Counted from the first letter of the whole stretch, positions 23,088-35,658 are shown. The stretch: 59,604 bases of DNA, filler included, from Sphacelaria rigidula (GCA_964200075.2; 9 parts of 9 records of this genome joined end to end with filler, not necessarily neighbours in it), one strand, 5' to 3'. Translations and numbers: made by a program. The notes: generated from the letters alone by a model not told the origin.

Positions 23088-23884
23088 GGCCGTATTGTAT
23101 CAAAAAAAGATTTGCCGTAGGACGAAGCAGTACGACGGAATTGATTCAACCGAATTCGTTAGTTTCTCGCGACTTGAGTCCTAGCGAATTTGCGAGTTTT
23201 GATGGAAGAAAATACGGTGGAGTTCGTGGAGTGGGACTTGTTTATTTGCAATCAGTACGACGGTACACTACTGTCTGTACTGCATTCACAGTGTGTGTAT
23301 TTCGTACAGTATGATGTGAAGAAGCGGGCAACGTGAAATACAGATAATATAGGGCTGTCTATACTCACTGAATATAGGAAGATGTGAAAAAGTCAAGTAC
23401 TGCCTCAAATGTCCATCAGCGTGTACGCAATTCCGTCGCTCATTCTACCGCGCAATTCCGTCGCCGACACCTACCACAGGGTAAGATGCTCAAGTTGTCG
23501 CCAACCAAAAGAGCACATCATGCCAAGAGAGTGGTAGTGTCGGTTCCCTAATACTGTAGTGTATATATCCGTGAGCTTGAACTCGTGAGCTATGCCGCAG
23601 CGTGGCGTTGGTACTGAGAATGAACCGTGTGGGTTTCGCATGGTTTTGTGAACGGGTGGTATCCGGCGGGCTTTTCTGCAAGATAGGAGTCAAGTGTCCC
23701 TTCGTTCTTCCCGCCACATACTTTCGATCGAGAAAGTTATGTTTTTTCTTCTCCGCTCGCGCGCAAATAGTTATGCACAAGACTTGAAGCCATCTTGAAA
23801 CATCAAAAACGTGGACATATGAGATACAAAAAAATATTTTCTGCCGCACTCTTCCTATCGAAGAAAGATTGATGAGACACGGCC
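23088..23884. mobile_element. PIF/Harbinger-type non-autonomous element
   Basis: TCA|GGCCGTATTGTATCAA ... TTGATGAGACACGGCC|TCA: 3-bp TNA TSD and GGCC termini. Confidence 0.75.
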
Positions 23885-23983
23885 TCATGGTGCGTTATCG
23901 GTCTTCTTGTCTCGTTGAGACGAGACCTTACTCTGATTCATTTCCCAGCGAGGCTGTAACTTTCTGTGGTAGAGTTATAGGAA

Positions 23984-24783
23984 GGCCTGAGACCCACTTT
24001 TATGGCAAACAAATATCGATTTTTTGGGACCCCGATTTTTTCAAAATCGGGGGAGCTCAAATTCGTGAACTCAAAATCAGGGGGACCGTTTTATGGCACA
24101 GACCGTCATTTTTTGCATGAGTGTGGCACTGCGTACTCGTGCATGAAGCAGAAGAGCAGGCAGGCGATAAACAATCCTTCGAGTACAATGTCGTACCTTG
24201 ATACCCTAGGGTAATACAGTGCAGGACACTTCATCAGTACAGTCCATGATGATGCCTTGTGGTAGTACATGATGGCACAGTCGGTATTGCGAGAACAGAG
24301 AGCAAACAGTGAGCGAGCAGAGTTCAATAGTACAGTGCCGCACATCACCCCTCAAGCACAGCGACAACAGCTACTCGTAGGAGAGTACAGTAGCGTTCGT
24401 TATGGTGATACATATGGCAGCGCAGCGCAGTATAATTTTTTACTATCGCCGTAGGGGATGGCGTCAGCACTTACTATCCGCTTGTCAAACCCCGTGCTTC
24501 TGCAGCTGGGGGCGGCAGTACGCACGCCCTGTGCTGTCACGATACTGTCTTCTGCTGCCGTTGCAAAAATATCAAACGCCTCGTACTCTAGCGATGTACG
24601 TCAATGCACGTACATCACCTCATAAAAATCGGGGGAATCCACGATCTCGGAACAATGTTCCCCGATTTTTTCGCCTCCGGTTTGGTCCAAATCCGTGTCC
24701 ATAAAGTGCGTTCCCCGATTTTTTGTCCCCCCGATTTTGAAAAATCGAGATTCGTGCCTGCCATAAAAGTGTGTCTGAGAGCC
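23984..24783. mobile_element. DNA element with ~110-bp imperfect inverted ends (CCGATTTT/AAAATCGG motifs)
   Basis: AGACCCACTTTTATGGCA..TTTTTCAAAATCGGGGG at left, reverse complement at 24685-24783. Confidence 0.7.
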
Positions 24784-26694
24784 AGCGTGGAACGGTTCTG
24801 GAAATAACGTATACGAGGAGAAAAAAATCATCCATACTACAACCCCCCCCCTGCTATGTTCCTAGGGTCCCCGCCATGGGGCGAATTCCGGCTTCGACGA
24901 GCTTCGAAATCAACCAGTTTCATGCACGTTAGAATCACAGCTTTGATGCAACATTCCTCCCTACACACCGCACGTAGTGCACCCTGACTTGTATTAATAT
25001 GTTCCTACGCCCGAGGCGCTGAGGACGCCCGTAGCGGTTCTCAAGACGCTTTGAGCGGAATTTAAAAATGACTCATTCCATGCTAGTTTCGAAAAGTAAC
25101 TCTTCCCTCGACTCTAAATTGCCCGGCGGCAATTCATATCGGGCCTGGTGATTCCGTAGAGATGCCTTACGCGGACGCAGATCCCGAAGCAGCTTAAGAC
25201 TCGAAGCACATCCCACGAAACTCTGCATCGAAAACCGATGGCTTCTCATGCGCACACATGAAGAACTGTAGTGAGTTGAGTACCGGGCTTCAGTTTGCTC
25301 TTGCAAAACTGCGCCACACCAATAACGGTCGTTCGTGAGGGTAAATAGGTGGCCTAGAGGATGGGTGATCTTATTTGTGAGCTTTTAGTCACTAGATGAG
25401 TTTGTACAGCAAGCAGAGCGCACGCGCTTTTTATAGCAGTCGGTGCGTCTAGCGTAATGCCATCCTCCCAACAATTGAAAGACCTCTGTGTTACCGCGAC
25501 TTCACAATATAAATTGCCCGCAGAGCCGTGTGGACGAAGACTGGGTGGCGATCCGAGGAATAAGTTTGTATTTCTTAGTCAACACTTTCCGTTCTCTGTC
25601 CTGTGGTGTGCGATGCCGCCGCTGTTCGACGGGGCCCGGGAGCTTGTTTGAACCCTCTGAGCGCTGGGCCTCGTTTCGGTGTTGACATTACGGCTATTAA
25701 CATGCACGAATTGACGCAATGTGCAGTACAGACAGTACTGTACTGTCCGCATAGGATGTACAGGAGAGTTTGCACACAGTAGTACAGCCTCCTCCAACGA
25801 TACATACTGTCATCGCGGTCATGCGGCGGTGCAGAGGAGATGGTGAGAGATGTTGACCCCACAAACGCTGGCCAGAGCCCATTACTTGCCTGTGTTTCAC
25901 TCGGGCGATGTGTCGTGCGACGAACCGCCGACGGTGAACCACTGAGGGTCAAAATACAAGACGTCACCTAATGTTCTCCGTCATCGCTTTTTTCCATCAC
26001 AAGTCGCACTCGGGACTATCATCAAGCACTCACACACAAGCCCACGGTTGCAGTCATGAGCGAGGAGAAGCTTCGCATGTGATGTTACACGTACATGACG
26101 AACCTGTGCTCGATTGGTGCTTCACCACCTAGGATGTCAAGATGACTCGTTCTAATTGCAAGTGTCTTGGTGTTAGTGTACTTCAATATCACCCGCTTAC
26201 TCCCAATAGTGCCCTCTTTCGCAAAATCCGGAGTCCCGAACCCCTCACTGGCCCCATATGACGTATTTCATGCGGGCAAGGACGCCGTTATTCACACTTT
26301 CTGGAGGTGTCCATCTACGGTCCATCTGACGGCTCCGGCTTTAAAAGGGTTCAAGAAGAAGGAACAATCAGTCGCAATACTAAACATAAAACATCACTCC
26401 CCCCCCCCCCCCCCCCCCCCCCCACCCCAACCACACNNNNNNNNNNNNNNNNNNNNNNNNNNNNNNNNNNNNNNNNNNNNTTAATTAATTAANNNNNNNN
26501 NNNNNNNNNNNNNNNNNNNNNNNNNNNNNNNNNNNNCGAGGTCGCCGTGACCGCAGTCCCGCCTTGGGTTCTTCCGAGCGCTCGAGGGGGGGGGGGGGGG
26601 GGGGGCATAAAAGGGTCTGGGGAATCTCAGCATCCCGGCTTAATTGCAGGTCCGAGATGAACATCCCAGACAAATACCGTATCTTTAAAGGTGA

Positions 26695-29189
26695 TTGCAA
26701 GATGTTGTCGGGTTCCTCAATTCTCTGCACTTGTACCTTGGCATTCCGCGTGCTGCAATTCCACAGGAGCACATGCGAACACGGGTGCAGGTACAGAAAG
26801 GATACCTCGCAGGTTTGGAAGCGGACCTCACGGAATGGCGCCGGCACAGAGCGAACATGGTCAAACAGCTTGAAACGGAATCCAAGCACAGGCTACTACA
26901 CCGACGGCTGAGCTACGCGGGAGGAGACGCTCCAAAAACACCAGAAAACGACGCGTGAGCTATGCCATTAACTCCCGCTCTTCGAAGCGCGACGCGGAAT
27001 GGACAACCGAGTATATGCCAGAGATGAAAACCTCTCCCACAGTTCATGTTGAAGGGGGTCCGAGGCCTAGCGTTTCAAACTATCAAAATCACTACTCGAT
27101 CCCTTATGCTCTTTGGGGACGAGTAGGGTCGATGGAGTTGGCTCATCAAAAGGCACGTTGCAGTACTTCAGATGTTTTGTCATGGTCATGTGCTGGTACG
27201 AAGCCAAGTCCGGGGTACTCCTGGATCTTGCGAGGAGGGAACATCTGAAGCACAGTAAGCTCGGGCTGTTGCTGTGAAACGTGAAAGGGCGCACTTTGTA
27301 ACAAGAACGTGTAATGAGACGGTTAGGGCTGTGGCTCAGTAGTAGAAGGCTATGCTCAGGTCTACTCCCCATGAATATGCGTGTAGCCTACCCGCCGATA
27401 GATATGGTTGCATGACTGAGTAACGACGAGTACGCCCCCGTCGCAATGCTTCGTGTTGACGCTCGTGCATCTTGTGTGTCCCGGGGGGGCGTTCAGAGCT
27501 CTGTTGAATGAAGACGGACGCCACAGACTTGAAAAGAAGAGCTTCAGCGCAGTCGTAAGGTCGGTACGAACGGCCGATCGAATAACGAGAGCAAATAGAG
27601 CCAAGGTAAGCGCACGCCAGTGCTTGCGTCGGCCTCTTCGACATGCCGTATCATAACCGTGCGCTGTGCGCTATCCACATACAGTGCGATATACGCATTA
27701 AGTAACCGATCCACCCTTCACCTTGATGATGCGCTGCTGTAGTTTTACCGCTCAATTACTTTTCCAAGAAAACACAGATTTGCGCAACGCGTGGACTTAC
27801 GAGAACACAAGTCGCCATGGTTTTATACGGCACAAAATCTACATTGCGTGCATTATAAGATCAGAGAAAAAAGCAGGATAAAAATATGGAATAGTGTCGA
27901 CGTCGGGTGGGGAAATGTTGCCAGATCACAATACTCATGAAACGCTTCGTGGCTACTACTCCCAATACTCAGATGGGTCGATTGGAGCGAGTTGTGTTCA
28001 GAGCCATACGCGGTGGGACCGCCAACAACCAGCAACGACCATCGACAGCACTCAGCAGCATAGGCGATTCTCACCACTCTGATGAACGTTCGAGGGCGAA
28101 CACAGAGTTGACTCGAGCGCTGTCTGTGCTAAGATCGACAGGCAGTGAAGGTCGAGACTTCGCTCAAGCGCAGGATACGAGGTTAAAGGCACCAGAGACG
28201 CATGGTCGACAAGGGAGCCAAGAGGGAAACGAGGATCTACCCCAGCTGCTCGTTACAAGTCATGATGAAACTGGAGACGATATGGCAGCTGAAAAGACGA
28301 GGCCGGATACTTCGTTGGGAACTGATGCTCTCGACGACGAGCTGAGGGGAGGGGAGGGCCAAGCCCAAGCGGCTATGGGTGAAAGTGATTCTGAAGTGTC
28401 TATTTCACGCAGGCTGCACGCATTGCTGAAGGCTTCTTCAACGGTGGCGATGCTGACTGCCCGACCGCTGGGTATCAAACCACCGCCGGTTCTTGAGGTC
28501 GGCAACGATAAGGTTTGCCGCCGTTCTCATTAGTTTCCGTGGGAGTTCGGTTTCCAAAGAAGAAGAAATCAGCATAGCGCTCGTCGACGAGTGTCGAGTC
28601 ACTGACAGGGTTGGGCCGCATGTAAGCGGAGGAACATGTGTAGGATGCGCTTGCGTATGTTCAGATTTCTCGCACATTCCCGCGCCGACTGTGCTCAACA
28701 CACCGTACCCACCATGCCTATGCCGTCGTGTCGCCGGCGCAGAGTAAAGTGTCGCCAGTCCTCAACCACGCGACTTCAAACGCATGGCATTTTTCACAAC
28801 CACTCCGGAGATCATCTGTCCACAAGATGAAAAGAGGCGACCACCGAGCCACAGATCAACAGCAACAGCTGCAATCTCCTGCTTGCGCTACCGATGCAAA
28901 TGGAGCGGCATCCAGTGGTGGTAGCTTCGCAGACGGCGCGAAAAATCACGATGGGCGATCTAGTGGCCCACACAACTTGCTGCCGACTGGATCGCTCCGT
29001 GTCCTGGATCTGCATTCAATATCCTCCGCACGTACCAACATGGCAAAAGCGCGGGCGGTAGTCGCTGCGTTTCCCGGCGGGAAGTTTGCTCCCATGACGG
29101 AGGATGAGGTGGCGTTGTGTTTTCTCGAGCGATACCGAATGCGGCGTAAACTTGTCGATCCGTCGCAACAGCACCGCGACCTAATGTGA
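26695..29189 (+). CDS. Partial spliced gene or pseudogene of unknown function; exons ~26695-26954, 27497-27605, 27973-~28512, terminal ~28740-29189
   Basis: Phase-compatible GT-AG junctions (GAC GC|gtgag..cag|A GCT; AAG|gtaag..cag|ATG) join protein-like ORFs. The 3' half needs a frameshift or an implausibly short intron. Confidence 0.45.
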
Positions 29190-29205
29190 AGGTAGAAGTA
29201 AAGTT

Positions 29206-29459
29206 GACACTTTCTACGATAGCCCCCCCCCCCCCCAAACCAGTCCTAAAGTGTCACGAAAAAAATGGTCATGCAGCGCCTGATGTTTGGGTTCAGGATG
29301 CATGAAGGGCCTCATATGGGCGACATTGACGAGAACGAACCCAAGCGTGGGGATTCCCAGCTGCTCGTTATGCTCGGCTTTTTCCTTTTCGATCTACGTT
29401 AACATTTTGCCTCCCCAAACCAGGCACTTTGGGAGGGGGGGGCTATCGTGAAAAATGTC
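29206..29459. mobile_element. MITE with TIR GACACTTTCTACGATAGC(C)n; one end also at 46508-46551, interior related to 17028-17105
   Basis: Inverted termini; shared core CAATGTCGCCCATATGAGGC. Confidence 0.7.
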
Positions 29460-29964
29460 AATTGTCAACAGTGCGGGGGGGGGGGGGAGGGGGGGTGGTG
29501 AAGCAGAAACGCTCGGTCGATAAGCTAAACCCGACATGACTTCACACGTAGACTGGGGAAGAACTTGTTCTGGTCGGCATCGGATTTGGCGGAAAGTTGT
29601 TACGGCAAGACGACAAGGCAGCAACACCAAGTATCCAATTAACAAAGGGAGGTGTTAATGTTGTCGATGGGCTCGCCGAGAGTGGTTCTGCGATGTGGTG
29701 GGAGGAAGAAGGTACAACATGGGTGTCGAATCGGCGGAGCATCGCAGTGAGACGGCAGCAAAACAAAAAAAGATGGGTTGGTTGTTGTGCAATGATCTCG
29801 GGATATGCGGCAAATCTCACTCTATCGGTCGTGGGTAAGTAAGTAGGTTGTTCCGGGACGTGGGTAAGTAAGTATGACCAGTGACTTCCATCCGTATTGT
29901 AGAAGTCAAGGCATGATACCTCTTCACACCCCTACACTCCTCGCCCCCTTGAGAGGAAAGACCA

Positions 29965-30240
29965 GAGTGATGCTACGGTAGGGGTTGCACTTTTGTAACG
30001 AAAAGGTTTCTCGAGGCTGCTCGGGGTGTTGGATGGGTAGTTTTGTGAATCGGCATCACTTTTACTTGAAGAAGACTGAAAGTGATGCCGATTCACGAAA
30101 AGGACCTTGCGTGCAAACACCATATTTGCGGGACTACGATCTCCGGAGACTTGGGTTGCATAGTAAACCCCATATATTTGTGCTCCTACAAGGAGGAGAG
30201 CCCCAGAACAAAAAGTGCAACCCCTACCGTAGCATTGCTC
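29965..30240. mobile_element. Sola-like MITE (GAG termini, 4-bp TSD)
   Basis: TIR GAGYRATGCTACGGTAGGGG; flanks ACCA/GCCA. Confidence 0.8.
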
Positions 30241-30713
30241 GCCAGCTTTTGGACACCGATGCGAGGTTGCAACTCCATTATGCAGACAATAGTGCCTGGT
30301 CAGATTCTCTGCATGTACGCCGAGAGCACTCTGAATACAGCTCTGGTCAGCTGTGGGCAAGATGGGTATCGCGTGATTGATCGCAATAAGAGAAACTTGG
30401 ACATACTTTCTTTCATATCTCAATCACAGTCCTCGATGGCCCTGACTCGCAATATCCAGAAGGATCCAGAGGTATCGTTCACGAGCAGAGCTTAGAACCG
30501 ATGAAACAAAAAATATGACCATCCCAGACAAGAGCTGGTGACTGTTTGCCTGAGCATCGACCCCAGAGTAACCTTGTCTCGACCATAATCACCTCCTCCC
30601 GGCACCATCCCCCTGTACCACAACTCTCCTGTCTTGTCTCCCCTACGCCCCATTTCTCACTACATCAACACAGAGAGAGAGCTCAAAGACTTAGCTCATT
30701 CGATAGCGAAATG

Positions 30714-31122
30714 TTCTTGGAAATGAGGTTGAGATACAAATTGAAGTTCAACTCAAGAGCCGCGCTTTCCCTGAACAAATTCGTGACAAATGACTTGCAT
30801 ATGGACGACCCCATCCCTCCCGACCTGCCTGAACGTTTTGGGGGGATTTCTAACCTTCCATTCCCCCAAACAAAGGGTATGTGCGAGAGCACGATTTTTG
30901 GGTCAAAATACTTTTTTGTTTTTCACCCCGAAATCAAGGCTAAAGTGTGTTTTCGCACATATCTTTTGGGGGAACGGAAGGCTAGAATTCCCCGAAATAA
31001 TTTGAGGGAGGTAGGGAGGGATGAGGTCATCCGTAGGAAAGTAATCTGTCATGAATTTAGGCCAGGGGAAGCACGGCTTTTGAGTTGAACCTCATTTTGT
31101 TTGTCAACCCCATATTCGAGAA
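30714..31122. mobile_element. Foldback element with ~180-bp imperfect arms
   Basis: GTTCAACTCAAGAGCCG..CATCCCTCCC..TTCCCCCAAA..TATGTGCGA is mirrored on the right. Confidence 0.8.
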
Positions 31123-31255
31123 TCCACTGTTACTGCGCATGCTCGATTGTATGGAGAACACGGGATTCTTGAAAGAGGAAGCGAACTCTTCGGATGTGAG
31201 TGAACGGAGATTGACATTGTAGATAACAAGGAGAAAATATACCCTTTAAGGCGCC

Positions 31256-31784
31256 GCGCCCCGGTGGTGTAATAGCCCGACCGTCGCCGTTAGGGTGGAG
31301 AGTGTAATGCGTGAGAGGACCGCGTGCTTAGAGGACCGCATCGGAATTTGAACACCCCTATGGTTAGGGTTAGGGTTGGGGTTAGGGTCAGGGGCGTGGT
31401 ACCTGCAGGGACTGACCCGATTGGTTTTGTAAAACGTCGATCCTGAGGTATTTTGAACTACGGCGCGGTCCTCTAAGCACGCGGCCCTCTCACGCATTGC
31501 AGAGAAAACGAGGATTCGATTCTCGATGTGTTGGGTGTTTGCTCCGTAACATTTGATTTCCACCGTGGAAAGCGTGAGAACGTGGGTAAACAATGTAATT
31601 GTTTGACTCGCTACTGAGTTTGTTTGACGTGAGTTGACTTGGTGCGGGAATCATGTCCCGATCCGCGAGACCAAACTGCGGAGCGTGTACTGGGGAGAAA
31701 GGGGTTGATCCCTTGAGACCACGGACTCGTCCCGAGGAAGGGGTGGGGTTCAAAGTGCGACAAATAAAAGAGGAATAAATATAA
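31256..31784 (+). mobile_element. tRNA-derived SINE family 2 (single head), interrupted by a telomere-repeat MITE
   Basis: A box GGTGGTGTAATAG and B box GATTCGATTCTC. Ends TCAAAGTGCGAC plus A-rich tail; TSD AAGGCGCC/AAGGCACC. Confidence 0.85.
31303..31501 (+). mobile_element. Telomere-repeat-bearing MITE (complete, shortest tract)
   Basis: Both TIRs; GGTTAGGGTTAGGGTTGGGGTTAGGGTCAGGGG; flanks GAGAG/GAGAA. Confidence 0.93.
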
Positions 31785-32008
31785 AAGGCACCTTCAAGGA
31801 AAATTGGCCTCCCCCTGCAAGCGGAATAGCTGAGTTGAGAGGCCGGTGAAATATTGACCTCCGCATGTCCCGGTCACGCCACAAAGTTGAGTGTTTGAGG
31901 GATCAGAGCAGATCAAACCGCCCCCCGCGATAAGTATACGGGACGATGAAACAACAATATTCGGAATAGATCATTGAAGAAGCGAGTACGAAGCAGCACG
32001 AGCACCAG

Positions 32009-32219
32009 TGTAATGCGTGAGAGGACCGCGTGCTTAGAGGACCGCGCCGTAGTCCAAAGCACCCCAGGATCGATGTTTTTCAATACCAATCGGGCCACTC
32101 CCTGAAGGGACCACGTCCCTGACCCTAACGCCAATACTAACCCTAACACTAACCCTAATCATACGGGTGTTCAAATCCCGATGCGGTCCTCTAAGCACGC
32201 GGTCCTCTCACGCACTACA
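32009..32219 (-). mobile_element. Telomere-repeat-bearing MITE (complete)
   Basis: Both TIRs, CCCTAA-like tract, perfect 5-bp TSD ACCAG. Confidence 0.93.
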
Positions 32220-32733
32220 ACCAGCACCAAAAGCTAGCTCTTACCTAGCGCGTGTGTAACGTGTGTTCGGACCGCGTGCTTTTTTAACCGCATCGGAATT
32301 CAAACACCCTGGGACCGACGTGTGGGGAGGACGACACAGACATCATGATTGCAAAGACCGCGCCCTGAGTAAACCTGGGTCGCGCATTTTTCGAGTCAGG
32401 GGTGGTGAAGCCAGGCGAGGTGACCGGAGCGACATTGCGACGACGCAGTGTGCGTTGAAAGGGAGGGGAGCGAGGATTACCAAAAACCAGGCACCCGTAA
32501 GTCGCGTGGGAGTCACTCTCGCATGTGGATTGTAGTGGGAATGACTCGGTACCAGTGTATTTTAGAGAGGTGTCGCTCCTACCACGTCATGACCGCATCG
32601 ACGAACTGATGCTCGGTACGTGAGGGTACCAGATGCCGAGACGATCCATCTGCTCGGAACTGACAGGTACCGGATGTCGAAACGACCTCCCTGCCCCGAA
32701 ATTACAAATACCAGATACCAAGACAACCTATAC

Positions 32734-32956
32734 GCTCGGTACTTACCGGTACTGAAACGTCGTTTGCATGCGGTCCGCTTTGTAATTCAAGGCAGCTTCG
32801 AGGTAAACGGATAAGTAAGGACCAAATCCTGCTTTTGTCCTATGTGAAGATGACATCGCAGAGACTTGGTTTTGCTTGTGTGTTTACCTTGCAGCTGTCT
32901 TGAATGACAAAGTGGACCGCGTGCAAACCGCATTTCAGTACCTGCAAGTACCGAGC
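32734..32956. mobile_element. Foldback MITE with ~95-bp arms
   Basis: GCTCGGTACTT..GGTACTGAAA..GCGGTCC.CTTTGT.ATTCAAG.CAGCT is mirrored. Confidence 0.75.
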
Positions 32957-33352
32957 ACATGGAACAACAAATTGTGCGAATTGAAGTTTAACTCCGAGAT
33001 GAGGTTCGAGCCTGAAACAGTGCTTTCCCCACACTTTCAGCGATAATGCCCAATGACGTTTTTGTCGGCCNNNNNNNNNNNNNNNNNNNNNNNNNNNNNN
33101 NNNNNNNNNNNNNNTTAATTAATTAANNNNNNNNNNNNNNNNNNNNNNNNNNNNNNNNNNNNNNNNNNNNGTCAGATTGCCGCACGCATCACACGTCAGG
33201 ACCGAAAAACAGCCATAAACCTCACAAAATCAATTACATGATACAAGTGTTTGCACAATTACCTTGTATATATTCATCTTTCCTACACGGGTTGTCAGAT
33301 TTTCTGGACATAATTGATCTAAATGAGAAGAGTGCACACGTCAGACAGTTCC

Positions 33353-33520
33353 ACACCCTGGACAATATATGGTGAATGGATGCAACAGACGAGAAGTGTA
33401 CTGCATAAAGTATAGGCCTATTGCGACTATCGTCGGCCGACAATAGTTGCAATAGGCCTATACTTTATGCAGTACACTTCTCGTCTGTTGCATCCATTCA
33501 CCATATATTGTCCAGGGTGT
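33353..33520. repeat. 168-bp near-perfect palindrome with no spacer; MITE-derived, relative at ~46813-46932
   Basis: 84-bp arms centred on GGCC with two non-Watson-Crick pairs; termini ACACCCTG..CAGGGTGT. Confidence 0.92.
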
Positions 33521-33620
33521 CGACAGCTCATGAGCTACCTGAATATTACTTCTAATTAGCGTTCTGATCCGGGTCATGAACTAGCTCATTTGCCCCTCTT
33601 TTCCACATTTGCCCCCTACA

Positions 33621-34235
33621 GTGCCTCGGTGGTGTAATGGTCCGACTGTAACCACTAGGTTGAAGAGAACGAGGGTTCGATTCCCGATGCGTTGGTTTTT
33701 TCTTCGTAGTATCTGATTTCCACCGTGGAAAGCGTGAGAACGTGAGTAAACAAAGTAGTTGACTGAGACAGTGCCCCGGTGGTGTAATGGTCCGACTGTC
33801 ACCATTAGGTTGAAGAGAACGAGGGTTCGGTTTCCGATGCGTTTTTTTTCTTCTTCGTAGTATCTGATTCCCACCGTGGAAAGCGTGAGAACGTGAGTAA
33901 ACAAAGTAGTTGGCTGAGACAGTGCCCCGGTGGTATAATGGTCCGACTGTCACCATTAGGTTGAAGAGAACGAGGGTTCGATTCCGATGCTTTTTTTTTT
34001 CTTCGCAGTATCTGATTTCCACCGTGGAAAGCGTGAGAACGTGAGTAAACAAAGTAGTTGAGTTCGTTTGACGAGAGTTGACCCGGTGCGGGAGTGCTGA
34101 CCCACTCCGCAAGATCAAAATGCAAGGCACGTACCGGGGAGAGATGGGTTGATCCCATGAGACCACGGACTCATCCCGAGGAAGGGGAGGGGTTCAAAGT
34201 GCGACAAAAAAAAAAAATGAAATAAAATGATAAAC
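33621..34235 (+). mobile_element. tRNA-derived SINE family 2 with three tandem ~150-bp heads
   Basis: Units start at 33621, 33771 and 33922, each with A box TGGTGTAATGG and B box GGTTCGATTCC. One 3' part follows, ending TCAAAGTGCGAC(A)n. Confidence 0.9.
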
Positions 34236-35658
34236 AATACAAGTGCTGGGCGCCAAGCACGCGGAGTAGCGCAGCGGTAGCGCCCTGGCTTCTCGGACCC
34301 CGCTGTCACGTATTTTGTGTTGTTGGACAACGGATTTGGGAGTAGTCCTCGATTACATATTTTAGGTACTCATGAGCTGTCCGACATTTACAGGAGTGGC
34401 ACTTGTCGAACCAGCGACGAAATTTTCCCAAACTGGCCCGATATTAGCCTTGTATAACCTTAAATAGAGAGTTTCGGGAAACAGAAATAGGCCAGAAAAA
34501 CTCGGGGATAATTATCGTTTGATTGAATTTTAGTAACAAGACGCAAACTATCCCTATGTTTTTGGCTCAGATTTTTTTTCCCGAAACTCTAATGTCACCA
34601 TGATCACGGATAGTCGTCAACGTAACCCATTTGTTTTCACCATAATTTCATGGGGTATTGAGGTCGTCTACAGGAAACCCTGTCTCCAACCCAAAATCAA
34701 AATCTCTTTCCCAACCCAGAATCAAAATATCTTTCCTTTTTCAGTCACCATATTACTCCGGTACCCCTAACTCGCGGTCAACTATTGACGACCCCTCAAA
34801 ACAGTGTGCATGCCAACTCCGAGCCCAGTACAGAGTAGCCCTATCGACACTTGAGTCAACTTTACTCCGGAGGGAGGCCTGACTGAGCCTGGCATCTAAA
34901 TTACTCGAGTTCAGAGCGCCTCCCTCCTCATCCTCCCCTCCGCCGAGGCCAAATACAATTTTGAGGGCGAAGCAAGGGTTCTTGCACATCTCGCAAGATA
35001 CGCAACACATCCTATAGTTCGCACCTTGTTTTCTATTCTTCCAGAGTGGAACTCCCACAGAAAGCACGGAGTAATCCGCCTAAGATAATCCAACGTCTCA
35101 CTTGGCTGTCATCTGGCGGTGGAAACGTGTTGTGTGTCATGTTGGAAAGATACGAGACCGCTTGAATGCAGCGTCATTTTGTTGTAAATATGTAGCCATC
35201 CCCTGCCGTATACATTGAAATGAGCCCCCATCGCTGCCGTAATAACCTAGCTCCAGTGTCAAAAAGCAGCGCGCAAAACCGTATCAAAACCAGCTGCGAA
35301 CTGACACTAACCACGTACAGATTAACAACGAGAATGTTCTTTGCTGACCTTGCAAGTCACCAGCATCGCGGCGCGTTCCAGTCACGGCCACTGAAAAAAG
35401 TCCAGTCCACTCCGCCGCACACTGTCCCAAACACTGCCGCTCGAATGGCAGACGACGACGGCCAGCGAGCTTCGCTGTGCCGCTGGTCATACTCCATTGC
35501 TTCGGCTGACGAGGACACGCGGACGCTAGTTCCGCGGCATTTTCTTCAAAGCCTGCAAAGCCAACGTGACCAATCCGAGAGTTTCAATTTAAATTTGAGA
35601 GGATTGACGGCAAGGTCACGGATACATATTTTGTGTTGCCAACGGCGACGGAAAATTG

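Noticed and set aside
33621..34075. CRISPR-like array or tRNA gene cluster
   Set aside because: The units are full tandem copies with no unique spacers, no cas genes and no complete cloverleaf; a SINE head explains them.
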